In this document: positions 25,409 through 39,957 of the stretch, piece after piece | Layout of the letters: every line of letters starts with the position of its first letter | Position numbering within the stretch: position 1 is the stretch's first letter | Source: Malacoraja senta | Lineage: Eukaryota | Length of the DNA: 64,000 bases | Direction: 5' to 3' | Assembly: GCA_038087875.1 (NCBI GenBank) | Contig: CM075989.1 | Span: 11,408,001-11,472,000 of the forward strand | The notes under the pieces: model-generated | Databases searched by the model: none | What the model saw: the letters and a program-made list of their open reading frames with translations, nothing else | Told to the model about the DNA's origin: nothing | Program-made: the position numbers and the translations under genes

Positions 25409-26734
25409 TTTGAAAAGGTGTCACATGTACAACTAAAGGAAAAGAAGAATAGATGATAAGCAAAATTAGCCTATCAATAAACCGTGAATATTAAAGTCAC
25501 TGATAACCAAGCTATCTAACTCAACATAGAACTAATGAAAGTCAAAGTGACCTGGAGCACAATCATTCGAACCTCTTACACTTAAACTCTTACTTGCTTA
25601 TCTCCAAACATTTCTGAATATAAAATCAATGTTTCATAACATTTTATTTGAGCATATAAAAAACACACTCTGAGCCCCAAATTCCAGCTACAAATTGTGA
25701 ATATCTCTCAGTTTGTCTTATCCAATTATAGAAAGCTATGGGACACCAGTTATGGGACACCAGACATGGTGTCAAGTTATGGGACACCAGACATCAGAAT
25801 ACAGTGGAATTTAAGTTTCACTTGGATTTTTTTTTCAACCTCCCTTCACCAGGTTAACATCACATTAATCGTGCCAGCTTTCATTTACAAAAAACTCTGT
25901 TATTTGCTGGTTGGCAAGTGAAGGTACAGAACAACATGGTACAGTGCAGGACACGAACATGCCCTTCAGCCCAATGTCTGAACCAAAAATGATGCCAAGT
26001 TAGACTAATATCCTCTGCCTGAACGTGATCCATATCCCTCCATTTTCTGCATATCCACATGCCTACCCTCATCAGTCACCTCCTCAAAAAACTCATTCAA
26101 GTTTGTACCTTGAATGCTGTGAACAAAACCATGCCGACTCTCCCCTAATTATCTAATTCACTTCCAATTGTGAGTAAATCCTATCCTGAAGAATCCTATC
26201 CATGGGGTCAGAATTCCATCTAACAAATTTGATTGAGAGTTTTTGAGAAAGTAACTAAGAAAATCAATGAACGGTAGTAAACATTGTCTATATGGCATTT
26301 GGCAAGGCATGTTAGGCAGGTCCAGAATGTTATGGTAACTGGGACCCAAGGCAAACTGGTTAATTTTCCTCATTTGCACAATCACATTCATTTGGGACAG
26401 CCCATTCCCAAGTCATATTAATTTAAATATAGAGCTGGATAGATGTATATAGTCATTTCCCATTGAATGGACTTGATTATTGCAGAATATTTTTATTTTA
26501 TCCCTTACCCTGCTTTAACTCATGGTACTATTTTTTCACAGAGTGCACTTTAATCCTGCTGCAAAGATAACTTAACATAATCCCACTGCCCATGAGGTGT
26601 CCAGCCAAATCAAGGCAAGGACTGATAATCAGGGTGGTTAGAATTAATTCTGCAGTGGGATTCACATCCATTCGTAACTAACTGGGTAAACAAACACGTT
26701 AAGCTTCTTCAAGCACAATATTAAGCACATTAAA

Positions 26735-27417
26735 CTAGTCACATCTTCCCATCTCCACCCCTTTCTGCCTTCCTCAGAGACCGTTCCCTCCGCAACTCCC
26801 TGGTTAACTCATCCCTTCAGACCCAAACCACCCCCTCCCCAGGTACCTTCCCCTGCAACCGCAGAAGATGCAACACCTGTCCCTATACCTCCTCCCTTGA
26901 CTCTGTCCAGGGACTAGGACAATCCTCTCATGTTAGGCATCTCCACCAACCTCATCTACTGGAAATGTTGTTCAAGATGTGGACTCTTATACATCGGCGA
27001 GACCATACGTAGACTGGGCGATCATTTCGCTGAACACGTTTGCTCAGTCCGCCTGAACCTGTTGATCTCCCAGTTGCTAAACACTAATTCTCCTTCCCAT
27101 TCCCACACAGACCTTTCTGTCCTAGATCTCCTCCATTGACAGAGTGAAGCTAAATGCAAATTGGAGGAACAGCAAATCATATTTTGCCAGTTTCTCCTTT
27201 TACACCCAACAGCTAACAATGGCCTGTTTCCTTTATCATCGTAACTTTTTTGCATATCTTTCATTCATTGTTCTTTATCTCTCTACATCATCATCTATAT
27301 CTCTCGTTTCCCTTATCCTTAACAAGTCTGAAGGAGGGTCTCGGCCCGAAACGTCACCCATTCCTTCTCTCCAGAGATGCTTCTTGTCCCACTGAATTAC
27401 TCCAGCTTTTTGTGTCA
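26735..27417 (+). mobile_element. Penelope-like element 3' fragment with GIY-YIG endonuclease remnant
   Basis: NLIYWKCCSRCGLLYIGETIRRLGDHFAEH, followed by the terminal repeat containing CTGAAGGAGGGTCTCGGCCCGAAACGTC. Confidence 0.85.
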
Positions 27418-29799
27418 AGCTTCTTTTACATGGTTATTATGAGTCAATATCAACATTTACATCCAGTAAGTATCAAGTGGAGCCTGAACTATAACAGAAA
27501 CCAATTACTTTCATTTTTTCATTTCTTGACATTGTTTCTGTGCGAGAAAGATTTATGATAGGTCAAGATTTGAACTCAGCTGCACAGCAGTAAAGCGAAA
27601 TATTTAAATCTACATGTGACTGACTGGAAGTAATCTGAATCAAGATTAGACCAATGAACATATTTTAATTCATAAATGCTGTGCTATTTTAGGTCCTATT
27701 ATATAATACACAATGGAGAAATCAGGCAAGTCATACATTATTTAATAAAAAGAAACTGCAGATGCTGGTTTATACCAAAGATAGACATAAAATACTGGAG
27801 TAACTCAACAGTCAGGCAGCATCTCTGGAGAAAATGGATAGGTGACGTTTCAGGTCAGGAATTAAATTCATCCATTACTTCCGACTATAACCACTTTATT
27901 TATTCAAAGCCAGAAAATCATGCACAAAACACTAAAGTGATGAGCAAAAAGGAATGGACATCTCTTACTTACAGGTAAGAAAATAGTGCAGGACAGAGTT
28001 GTTGCTTATTTTGGCATCAGGAATGAACAGGCGAACAGCACAGGAGAGGAGCAAGTCAAGTCATGTGGTACAAAACCTAGAGAGAAAGAATTAGAACTAG
28101 GGTGAAGAGTTCAGAGTACACACGTTAGATAATCATCACCAACCTTTTAGATGATGTTTTGATACATACACTTGATCAAGCTTCCTTAATTAATTATAAT
28201 TTGTTTCTCATTACATGTGTCAACAAGATCAATTGGCAGTAAACATGGTGTGCTTGATTTATGCAACATAGAATTAATGGGAACATTTTAAAGTTATAGT
28301 CTTCTACCACTTATGTCGGGAACTGAGTACAGTTCTCTCCAAATTAAAAGATAACCATTAATGAGCCAAGCAAATAAATGTAACTAATCATCGAGTAAAA
28401 TAAAAAAATGATGCATTCGGAGCATCCATACTGGATTTCAGACCAAATTATTAATACTTTTCCCAGTGGACACAAAGTTGCAATAGCTGATGTTTTGCTC
28501 CACTCATTCAAGTACGGACTTACATTAACTAATCAGAGTTAATAAGGGTGATGTTTTCCGTGTTACAGTTGACTGGTTCACACACAATACTGAGACTAAT
28601 ATGAAACCCACTTGATTTTATTCCCAGAGCTGCTTAATCTCAAAATCCTTTTGTGACTTCTAATAAAAATGCAGCCTGCACTTGTAAAATTGAGGTTGCA
28701 ATGCGGTATAAAGCATCAATGTTTGCCAGCACTAATCTGTGAAACCAAAAGCCATATCAGGTTCTCTGTTCATTGATGGCTAAGCAGAAATTGAAAAGTT
28801 TACTTGTAATGATTCAGATCTTTGCCGAAGATTGTTGGTCCTATTACGCACCGCGTTTAAATGATGTAAAGTTTACAAGCTGGTTTGGTAAAATATAAAA
28901 ACATTCTGCATTATTGCATGAGTGCAAGTAAATTAATAGAATACCTGCTGAGTTATGTAGTAGTAACTATATCCTGTTTAAATTAACTTGGCTTTATTGG
29001 TATTCAAGTCACCCACAAACTTACTAATCATACCTCCCATATTAACATCTGTTGTTAATAAATATCATAAAGAACAAAGGACTCAGCAGTATTGAGCATA
29101 TTGGCAATGTATGCAGTACGGTAGGCTTATTCACCGATTATTACACAGAAGACATTTAACCATCTGATTATGCTAGGTCCCAGAAGACCAATGTAATTCC
29201 CCCTCTTATTCTCTTGCAACCCACCAAAGACAGGGTAATCTACAGTGACAATTAACCTACCAGCACATCTTTAGGATGTGGGGGAAAAAACCCCTCTAAA
29301 TCCCCCAACATCCCAAATGGTCAGAGGGAGAAGGTTCCTAACTGTTGTGACACTCTAAAGTTCTTTGCTATGAGTCATATCTTCAATTCACTAGTTGATA
29401 GTGTTGGAAATAAATGCTGCTCCAAAAATGTCATGACTACTAAAGCGACTCTGGAGAGATTGTTTAGAAATTTGAAGTCAACCGCACTGAATGCACTGAG
29501 AATAATGTTGAAAATATTATCGTTTGGTGGATTTTGATCCATTTTCCTTAAGGTTCACATTTGCCATCTGAAGGGGAATGGTTACTATACAAAAAAATCG
29601 AGCTTGGATTTTTATTTCACTTATCAATCATGGTTTAATAACTGTGGATTCACAGTGCCATACCGTTGTGTCAACACATCTGGTCTGTGTCACCCTGATG
29701 CCTTACAGATGACTATTGAACATTATTTTTTGCTTTCAGTGATGTGACTAACTACATAATGTACAGACAGAAACTGAATTGCCTTAAATCGCAGTCAAA

Positions 29800-31900
29800 G
29801 ATCATAAAGCATAGAAACAGGCCCTTCAGCCCAATTAGCCCATGCCGACCAAGTTGCCCCCAACCACACTAGTCCCACCTGCCGACATTTGGCCCATATT
29901 CCTCAAGAACTTTCATATCCATGTACCTGACCAAATGTCTTTTGAATGTTGTTATAGTACCTGCCTCAACTATCCCCTCGGGTAGCTCATTCCATATACC
30001 CATCACCCCCTTTGTGAAAAAGTTTCCTGCTCAGGTCCCGATTAAATATTTCCCCTCTCACCTATGACCTCTGGTTCTTGATTCCCCTGCTCTGGGTAAA
30101 AGACTCTGTGCATCTACACTATCTATTCCCCTCGTGATCTTTTACACTTTGATAAGATCATCCTTCATCCTCCTGCAATCCAAGCAATAAAGTCCTTGCC
30201 TGCCCAACCTCTCCTTGCAGTTCAGGCCTACAAGCCCTGACAATGTCCTCATAATTCTTCTCTGCACTCTTTCCAGCTTAACAACATCTTTCCTATAGCA
30301 GGATGATCCTAAACTGAACACTTAACTGAAAAAGTGGCCTCACCAACGTCTTGTACAATTATAACATAACATCCCAACTTCTATACTCAATACCTGACTG
30401 ATGAAGGCCAATGTGCCAAAAGCCTTCTTGACCACCCTATCTACCTGTGAAGCCATTTTCAAAGAAGTATGTACCTGCACTCCTAGATCCCCCTGCTCTA
30501 CAACATCTTCCAGAGTCACTGTGATGGTCCTGGTCTGTTTGATTTCCAAAAAAGCACCACCTTGCATTAAAGTCCATTAACCATTCCTCAGCCCATTTGC
30601 CCAACTGATCAAGTGATACCTGCTGTAATTTCTGAATGCAAACAAGAAAAGATATTATGGCAAATTAATTTGAGGAAGCAAAAGGTTAATTCATAAAAGT
30701 TTGATGTCAAATAAAGTAAACACCCAATTAAGTTACTTGATACAACTATGCAAGTTCAGGCAAGGCATTTTCATTCTCATAAACAACCATGGTATATTTA
30801 TCCCAGGCATGTAGCCCTCGGTATCATCATTACAGATTGAGCTTGGATGACATACTGTGAATTTTAACAGTCACTGCTCCATTTGGATACAGAAATGACT
30901 TCATGATAGGAAGCAGAGAATGGTGGTGGAGGCTTTCCCAGACTGGAGGCCTGTCGTGAGTGATGTGCCTCAGAAATTGGTCCAGGGCCCATTGCTGTTC
31001 GTCATCTATATCAGTAATTTGGATGAGAATGTACAATGCATGATTAATAAGTTTCCAGATGCTGTAAAATAGTTGGTATCGTAAAGGTGAAGATGGCTAT
31101 TAAGAATAACAGTGGGATCTTGATGAACTGAGCAAGTGGACTGAGGAATGGCTTTTGCAGTTTACTTTAGATAAGTGTGAGGTGTTATATTTTGGGAAGT
31201 TAAACCAGGGCAGGACCTTCACAGTGAACGGTAAATCCCCGGGTAGTGTTGTACAGGAAAGAGATCTAGGAGTACTCGTCCCCTGAAAATGGCATCGCAG
31301 GTAGAAAGGTTATGCAAGAAGGCTCTTGGCTTGCTAGTCTTCATCAATCAGGGAACTAAGTATAGACATTGTGACATTGTTTTACAGTTGCGCAAGACAT
31401 TGATGACATCACACTTGGAGTACCTTGTTCAGTTTTGGCCACCCTATTCCAAGAAAAATTCCTTTAAGTTGGGAAGAGTGCTGGGAAGATTTACAACAAT
31501 GTTGCCAAGACTCAAGGGCCTAAGGTATAAGTGATTAGGCAAGCTAGGACTTTATTCCATATGGTGCAGAAGGCTGTGGGGTCTTAATGAAGGAAATAGA
31601 TAGGGCGAATGCACGAAATCAAGTAATAGGGCATAGGTTTGAGGTGAGAATGATAGGAATCTGAAGAGCAATTTACGCACACAGAGGGGTGGTAGGTATA
31701 TATGGAATAAGCTGCCAGATGATGTAGCTCAAGCAGGTACAATAATAAGTTAAAAGACATTTGAAAATACATGCATAGGAAAGAGCTTGAGGGATATGGG
31801 CCAAATGCGAGCAAATGGGACTAGCTTAAATGGGATATCATCATTGGCATGGATAAGCTGTGCCAAAGGGTTTATTTCTGTGTTGTATAATCCTATGGCT
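29800..31900. mobile_element. Two CR1 fragments in opposite orientation (~29800-30640 -, ~30870-31900 +)
   Basis: DLGVQVHTSLKMASQVDRVVKKAFGTLAFI and a similar RT C-terminus on the plus strand. Confidence 0.85.
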
Positions 31901-32473
31901 GTTTAAACAGCCATTCTCAAATAATCTTTTAGCATAAATGCGTAACAAGAATTGTTCTTATCCATTTGAAAATCATTTTGTATTTTTAATCACTGAGCAA
32001 CATCTTCTTGCCTATTTTCATTTGAACTCGATCTAACGTATCCATCTTCCAAATAAAAGAAAATAATTTGAGGGCGCTGTGCTATACTTCAAATAAACTA
32101 CCAATAAAACTTTATATGTCTGATAACATATAAAGTTTTATATGATATCAGAATTCCTAGAAGTTTGCAGTCATAACAACATTTGATACAAAATAGTTTA
32201 ATAAACTCAAGCACTTAGAAAATGTCTCACTATACCAAGGCCTCTTTTCTCTTCTCCCGCACCCATTGACGACATTCTGCAACACGTGGGATGGTGCCAT
32301 TTAAATATTACAATAAAAGTGAGAGAAATTACAGAACTTCAATTAACATCCAAAACTGAGTTGCAAGAGCAAAATGGCAAATATTAATCCATTGAAGGCT
32401 TCTAATTATATTTTGTGTATGTGTGTGCGTGCACGCGCGCGCATGCATGCAAGCACGTGTTGTGAAGCAGTGA

Positions 32474-32804
32474 AATAGACAATAGACAATAGGTGCAGGA
32501 GTAGGCCATTTGGCCCTTCGAGCCAGCACCGCGCCATTCAATGTGATCATGGCTGATCATCCACAATCAGTACCCCGTTCCTGCCTTCTCCCCATATCCC
32601 CTGACTCCGCTATTTTTAAGAGCCCCATCTAGCTCTCTCTTGAAAGCATCCAGAGAACCTGCCTCCACCGCCCTCTGAGGCAGAGAATTCCACAGACTCA
32701 CCACTCTCTGTGAGAAAAAGTGTTTCCTCGTCTCCGTTCTAAATGGCTTACTCCTTATTCTTAAACTGTGGTCCCTGGTTCTGGACTCCCCCAACATCGG
32801 GAAA
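32474..32804 (-). mobile_element. Young CR1 3' end with (CTATTGT)n tail
   Basis: [17 protein letters not shown]...[11 protein letters not shown]; close match to the 13576-13900 copy. Confidence 0.9.
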
Positions 32805-32869
32805 TGGAGAAAACAAATCAAGCTGTAACACCAAAGTCCTCTCTACAGTGCACCTAGAAAAAAATAACA

Positions 32870-34720
32870 TCTAGAGTCACACAGCCTTTTCGGTCCAACT
32901 CATCTGCTCTGACCAAAATGACTATCCAACTAGTCCAATTTGCCAGCGTTTGGCCCAATTCCCTCTAACTTTTTTCTATCCATGTACCTGTCCAAATTAA
33001 TTTTAAATATTGTTACTGGACCCGCCTATACCACTTCCATTGGACGTCGTTCCATATGCACACAACCCTCTGTGTGAAAAAAGTTGCTACTTAGGTCCAG
33101 GTTTAAATTGTTCCTGCTCACCATACATCTATGTCCTCTAGTTCAAGACCCCCTACCCTGGGGAAAAGATTGTGACCATTCATCTTATTATGCCTCTCAT
33201 GACTTTGTAAACCTTTGTAAAGATTCAACCTCCTACAATCCAGGGGGATAAAGCCGCAGCCTCTCCAATCCCAATAACATTGTCATGAATCGTTTTAGCC
33301 CACTTTCCAGCTTATTGACATCCTTCCTATAGCTGGACAACCAAAACTGTGTCCAATACTTTAGGGGTGGGCTGACCAATGACTCGTGCAACATATCTCA
33401 ACTCCTGTACTCAAAGCCTTGACTGACAAAGGCAGCATGCCAAATGCCTACTATGCCACCCTGTCACATTGTGTCGTCATTTTCAGGGAACAATGTACCT
33501 GTACACCTCAGTCTCTTGCTCTGCAGTGCCTGGACATTTACTGTGCAACTCCTGCCCTGATATAACTTACCTAAATACAACATCATGCACTTGTCCTCCT
33601 TAAATTCCATCTATCATTCCTTAGCTCAAACAAGTTCATATATATCCTGTTGTAATCCTAAATAACCTTCCTTGCTGTCCACTGCACCACCAATTTTGGT
33701 ATCGCTTGTAAACTTACTAACCACGTTAACAATATTATTGTTCAAATCAATATAGATGATAAACAACAGGGTCCCAGCACATGCTGAAGGCACATTAACT
33801 TGTCACAGGCTTCCAATCTGAATAACAATACACCATTACCACCCTGTGTCTCCTTTCACCAAGCCAATTCTGTATTCAATTAGCTATTTAAACCTGGATC
33901 ACGTGATGTAAACTTCCAGACTAACCGTCCAGTCGGACAGACCTTGTCAAAAGCCTTGCTAAGTCCATGTAGATAATGCTTACCATCCTGCCCTCGTCAA
34001 TCATCCAGTTATCGTTTCAAAAATCTCAAAGCAAATTTGTGAGACACAATTTCCCTTGCACAAAGCTGCCATGCTGACTATGCCTAATCAGTCCTTGCCC
34101 TTCTGCTTGATCCTGTCCCTCAGAATCCCCTCCAGTAACTTTCCCACCACTGGTGTTGCTCACTGCCCTGTAGTTCACTTTTTAACCGAAACCGTAGAGT
34201 AAATGAAATAAGAGTAAACATTCTTGAAGGACAAAGAAACAGCTCTTGTAAGCTGCATATTTAGTGTAGATATTAAAAGCTTTAGTCTTCAAGTGGGGCA
34301 AGATAAGAAATAAAATAAACCACAAACTCCCCATGCCCTGTAATCTCCACTAGCCCTATAATCTCATACAGCACAGAATCAGGCCCTTCGGCCAAACTCA
34401 ACCATGCCAACCAAAATGTCCCATGCCAGCATTTGACCCATATCCCTCTAAATCTTCCCTATCCATGTACCTATATACAAGTATCTTTTAAATGCTATTA
34501 TAGAACCTGCTTCAACTACCTCTCCCGACAGCTTGTTCCATGCACCCACCACTCTCTGACTGAAAAAGATTACCCCTCAGGTTTCTATTAAATCTTTCTC
34601 CTCTCACCTTAGACCTATGTCCTGATTCTTGATACCTGGTTCCTGATTCCCCTATTCTGAGTAAAAGACTGTGCTTTCATCCTATCTATTCCCCTCATCT
34701 TATTCACTATAAGATTATCT
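32870..34720 (-). mobile_element. Old CR1 fragments
   Basis: Degenerate CR1 RT and 3' UTR sequence. Confidence 0.78.
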
Positions 34721-34929
34721 CTTTGAGAATTTGCTTCGTCAATTCCGTGCTTTAATAATTCCAACTATAATCATTCCATTGCCAAGATTCAAGCTGTAGA
34801 TTTCCCACCCTACCCCCTATGCCTGATCTCTTTTGATTCCTTTTCAACAACCAACCTCTTGGCCATTGCTGCCATGAATTGATGTCAAATATTGTTTTAT
34901 AATACTTCTGCAAACTGCCATATTAAAGG

Positions 34930-35822
34930 TTTAATGTAGTGGACCATAACAGGGGGAATGGTGTCTGTTATTGCCGATTGTCCATTATAACGGAGTAAGA
35001 TATTATGATCGTATGCAGTTGTACAAAGCACTGCAAACGATGGTAAATACACAAAGGACACAAAGTGCTGGAATAACTCAGAGGGTCAGGCAGCATCGCT
35101 GGAGGACATGGACAGGTGACATTGGGACCCTTCTTCAAACTGATTCCTTCTGCTGAGTTATTCCAGCACTTTGTATTGTTTCACCTTAAAACTAGGTGGC
35201 GATGCTGCTGGTCCCACCAGCGAGCCGTTCTTGATGAGCTACAGCATAGTTGGTGAGTGGGCTGCTGTTGCGGCGCTTGTAGCCCTGGCCAACATTGCTT
35301 TCTTCAGGCGGCTGCCAACGACAGGATGCATTTAATCACCGAGGGGTTTCCTGTCCTCTCACCTGCTGCCATTTCCAAGGTGGAGTTTTTCGGCAACTCT
35401 GGGGGAGAAGGAGGTGGCAATGGTGGAGGGAGGGAGGGAGGTAGGGGGGGAAAGGGGCCAGGTGGACAGAGCGACGGGAGGAGGAGGCAGCAGTAGAGCA
35501 GGAAGAGGACAAAGCGACGAGCTGATAGGTAGAAACAGCAGCTGGTGGGAGGGGAGGGAACCATATGGTGGCTGAGTGTGTCCTGTCGGTCATACCGACC
35601 CAAACAATGTCCCCATAGGGGTATAACATGAGCCGCAACCATGGCAGCGTCAACTGGAGAGTGCAGTGGGTGTTGAAGGGCTCACTGGTGCACTGCTAGA
35701 GTCGGTGGTGCCGCCGGAAGACAGGGCTGGAGAGGTGGTGTGAGCCGGGGGTCACATTGGCTTGTCCGTCCACTATATCTGAAATCCGTTATAAAGGGGT
35801 CTGTTAAAATGAAGGTTTACTG
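34930..35822. mobile_element. Tigger/pogo-like non-autonomous DNA element (left end uncertain)
   Basis: Right end ...CCGTTATAAAGGGGTCTGTTAAAATGAAGGTTTACTG|TA; TTATAACGGA motifs near the left end; GC-rich interior. Confidence 0.5.
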
Positions 35823-36287
35823 TATAGATACAAAGTTGTTTAATTGTGAAGAAACCAAGGAGTTTCATGTCCAATTGTACTTTAATTTTAATAGGTGGTG
35901 AACTTTATCAACATCTTGCATTCTTTTAAGTCCACAAAATAAACAGAAATTTTCTCTGTGCACACTTCTTTTGGAATCCTCTAATTTAGATCCGAAATAA
36001 AAATGTTGAGGTGCTGCACACAATTACTTTTAATATTAAAGGAAAAGCTACAAACAGCTGAAACCACAAGAACACAAAAGTATGAGGATACCACAAATAA
36101 TTTAGCACTGTCCAAGTTTGCTGGACTTGGTAATTCCTTCCAATTTCATTATATGTCTTTTACTACATAACCAAATAATTAAATTATCTGGTGGCTTTTA
36201 ACATAGATTTTTTGCTTACGAAATGAGCAAACAGATTTAACTACACGCCTCAGTGCTTTCGGAACAAACATACTGATACATATCAAT

Positions 36288-36525
36288 TAGACACAAAATG
36301 TTGGAGTAACTCAGCGGGTCAGGCAGCATTTCTGGAGAGAAGGAATGGGTGATGTTTCGTGTCGAGACCCTTCTTCAGACTGATGTCAGGGGAGGGGGCG
36401 GAACAAAGATAGAATGTAATTGGGGACAGTAAGACTTGTGGAACAGGGAACGGCGAGGGGATGGAGAGAGAAAGCAAGGGCTATCTGAAGTTAGAGAAGT
36501 CAATGTTCATACCGCTAGGGTGTAA
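36288..36525 (-). mobile_element. Penelope-like 3' fragment
   Basis: Same repeat family in reverse orientation. Confidence 0.72.
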
Positions 36526-36549
36526 CGACAGGACAGGGTGTAACCCCAG

Positions 36550-36728
36550 CGTTTTTGAAGTCCACGAGTAAAAAAATACTCGTGATGAAAAAAATGGTTA
36601 GTTTTTACTCGTAGGAGCTCGTGAACATACTCGTGGAAGGTCGTAGGAGTTCGTAGAATACCACGAGTTTGATTTTTTTTTAACTCGGGAGAGCTCTTGG
36701 GTAAACTCGCATCGTGGGACAGGGGCTT
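36550..36728. mobile_element. PIF/Harbinger-like MITE terminal fragment
   Basis: Internal CTCGT/ACGAG repeats ending GTGGGACAGGGGCT|TTA. Confidence 0.5.
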
Positions 36729-38369
36729 TAGTTTTCCCTCAGTTACCTGCCCAGTTAATTGTTTTCTGACTGATCAAGTGACCCAGACCTTCAGTAAGAG
36801 CTGGTTTATATAGTTTGTTACATTTGTTGCAAGTATCTCTTTGGTTTTCTTTCAATGTTAGAAATTACATGGCTATCTATTGAATGCCTTTATGAGGGGA
36901 GAGGGGAGGGTGGGGGGAGGAAACTTAAAAGAAAACTTGCTAAATTCCCCATTCATGGCAAAGGAAAGACGAAGATAGTTCCATGTTTTTTTACTGTTCA
37001 ATTTAATTCTAATTTATACAACAGCTGCTGATGATCAAATAACTTCCGCGAAACCCAACTTGAATTCAGTTTTTCGCCTGTGTGCGCAGTTAATCTTGCA
37101 CAATCGTGCCAATCATATTACATAAGCAGTACAAGAGCAGAAATGCAATAAAGTAAATAATATGAAGGAATATTATATAATATAAAGCCACACATTTCTT
37201 TGTAAAACTGGGTTCGGATAGGAGAAATCGACAGGCTATTCCAACCAACTATAGAAGCCAAGGAGAGTTTACGTTCTTCCTTTCACCATTTTGATGGAAA
37301 AGTTTACCATAAGCCTTTCTGAGATAAATTACTGCAGCCAATTCAACTGAAAATTAACAACTATGACAACTAAGAAATAGATACTATCACAAAGTGCACA
37401 TTGTAATGAACTGCTAACCATAAAGCAGACCAAAATAGAAACAAGTTGCGAGCTCTTTGCTTTCATTCACATTTACACCAATCTGGTCACTGATATAATT
37501 ATTGGCAGTAACTGACAGATTAAATATTGACATCAAGATTTAAGAGAATTATAAACAGGAAAACTGAATCTCCATAATACAAACTAAGAACAGAAAATGA
37601 TGACAATATGCAGGAAGTCCTCCAGTAAATTAAAAGTAACGACAGGTTAGCATTTTGGATAAACAGGCTCCACCCAAAGTTGCCTCATTTTTTAGATGAT
37701 GTTTTTTATTTTGTGTATCAAGTATCATAGAGTAGTCACTGTGGTTGGGAAATAGATTATATGTACGTCGGTATAATTATATATTGTTAAATTCATCAAC
37801 TGTAAACAGACTTTTTTTTTAAATTGCACTTGGGCTAGGTTTACACAAGTTAATTTCTGTTGTTATTTTCTTGAGTTAGAATAATACCTGCTAATAATGA
37901 AACCCCATACAAGGTAACAGAAAAAAATCAGTAGCAGCCATAGATACTTATATGAATGCCAGCTAAAGACCAACTACGTACACAATCTATGTAAACAATC
38001 AAATAGCTGATGCGAATGTCAATACAAGAAAAATATTGAATGGTTTAGTTGGAACGTTTGATAAACAATAAGATGATGTGGAAAAATTTGATGTATATGA
38101 CATACATTTATTTACTGTCATACTACCACTAAATCATTGCAAATTCCAGCTTCCTTCAATGCGCATTGCCTCTGCCACAATGAGACTGCACAAGATCCAC
38201 TGCAGCAAATCATGGCTCATTCAATAAGACTTCCCAAAACCTGTAGATTACTTGACGAGGGCAAGTCACATGGTAAATTCAACACCTGCCAGTTTGTCTC
38301 CTGGTGATGCATTCTCACTGCACCTTCACCAAATTATTCAATATCCAGAAACTCCTACAAAATAGACAA

Positions 38370-39957
38370 TTGCAAAGTGATGCATGTTGGGAAGTTAAAT
38401 CAGCGCAGGACATACAGGGCTCTGGAGAATGTTGTCGAACAGAGAGACCCTGGGGAACGTATATTGTTCCCTGAAAATGGTGACACACAGTGGCTAAGAT
38501 GGCATTTGGCATACTTGCCTTCATTAGTCAGGGTATTGAGTCCAAGAGCAGAGACGTGATGTTACAGCTGTGCAAGACATTGATTCGACCGCACTCATGA
38601 GTATTGTGTGCATTTCTGGTTACCCAGATATAGATATGATGTATTAGGCTGCAAAGTATACGAAAAGATTCACAACAATTATACCAGGAGTGGACAGCTT
38701 CAGCTTTAAGAGGCAGGACAAGCTGGAGCTGAATAGAGGCTGAAGTGACCTTATGGGAGTATATAAAACTGTGAGGGGTCTATAAAGAGTGAATGGTCAA
38801 TGTCCTTTCCCCAGGTTTGTGGAGTTTAAAACTGGGGGGCACAGGTTTAAGGTGAGAGGGGAAATGTTTAAATGGGACTTGGTGGGCAGGTTTTTCCATA
38901 CAGAGAGTGGTGGATAAATGTAGTTACCAGAGGAAGAAGGGGGTTCCATTACAGTTTAAAATACATCTAGTCAGGTTTGAAATGTTTAGATGGATATCAG
39001 CCAAATGATACTAGCTCAGGATGACATGGACAAGTTTGGCAGAAGGGCCAGTTTCCCTGCTATATGATTCTGTGGCTCTAATAGCAGATGGAGTAATTTC
39101 ACTGTACACTGCAGCAGCTCACGTGAACAACTCACAATCAGCTACAGCTTACTATACGTCTTCCCTCTACATTCTCAGTCCTGATGCAGATCACAACCCA
39201 AAACATTGACCCGTTCTGCACCTCCACAGATGCTGCTTGACCCAGAGTTCTTCCAGCAGTTTGTTTTTATGCAAAGGCTAGCAAAAGGTTTCACCCTTTT
39301 TCAAAAAAGTAGCAATAAGCCTGGGAACTACAGACCAGTGAGTCTTACATCAGTGGTAGGGAAGTTGTTGGAGAAGATTGTGAGGAACACTTGGAAAGGC
39401 AGAGACTTATTAAGGGTAGTCAGCATGGTTTTGTGCAGGCGTGATTATGTCTCACAAATCTGATTGAGGTTTTTTTTATTGATTTCAGGAGGGTGGTAGA
39501 TATGGTTTGCATGGTGTTTAAATAGGGCTTTTGACATGGTCTTACATGGTAGGCTGGCTCAGAAAGTTAAGGCACACGGGATTCAAGGCGTGGACCAGAA
39601 CAGTACAGCACAAGAACAGGCCTTTTGGCACATAATGTCTGCGCCGACCTTGACGCCAAATAAAACTACCCAATCTGCCCCATGTGATCCATATCCCTCC
39701 ATTCCCCTCATGTTTTTGTGCTTATTTGAAGACTATTGCTTCTGCTTCCAACACCTCATAGCACAGGCACCGACTGCTTCCTATGTAAAACCTCTCCCCA
39801 TACATCTCCTTTAATCTTTCCTCCCTTCACTTTAACGCTATGCCATCTAGTATTTGACATTTCCAGCCCAGGAAAAAGAATAACTATCTACCCTATCCAT
39901 ACCTCCCTTAACGTTACGAACCTATTACGTGTCCCTGCAGCATCCAACGTTCTAGAG
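38370..39957. mobile_element. CR1 fragments (mixed orientation), continuing at ~42246-42700
   Basis: PGNYRPVSLTSVVGKLLEKI and CR1 C-terminal remnants. Confidence 0.78.

Noticed and set aside
29008-29092. Close match to ~55525-55606 suggesting a local segmental duplication
   Set aside because: Both pieces are CR1-derived, so shared repeat ancestry is sufficient.
35257-35653. Pro/Gly-rich overlapping ORFs
   Set aside because: They lie inside a GC-rich non-autonomous DNA element and have no splice or domain support.
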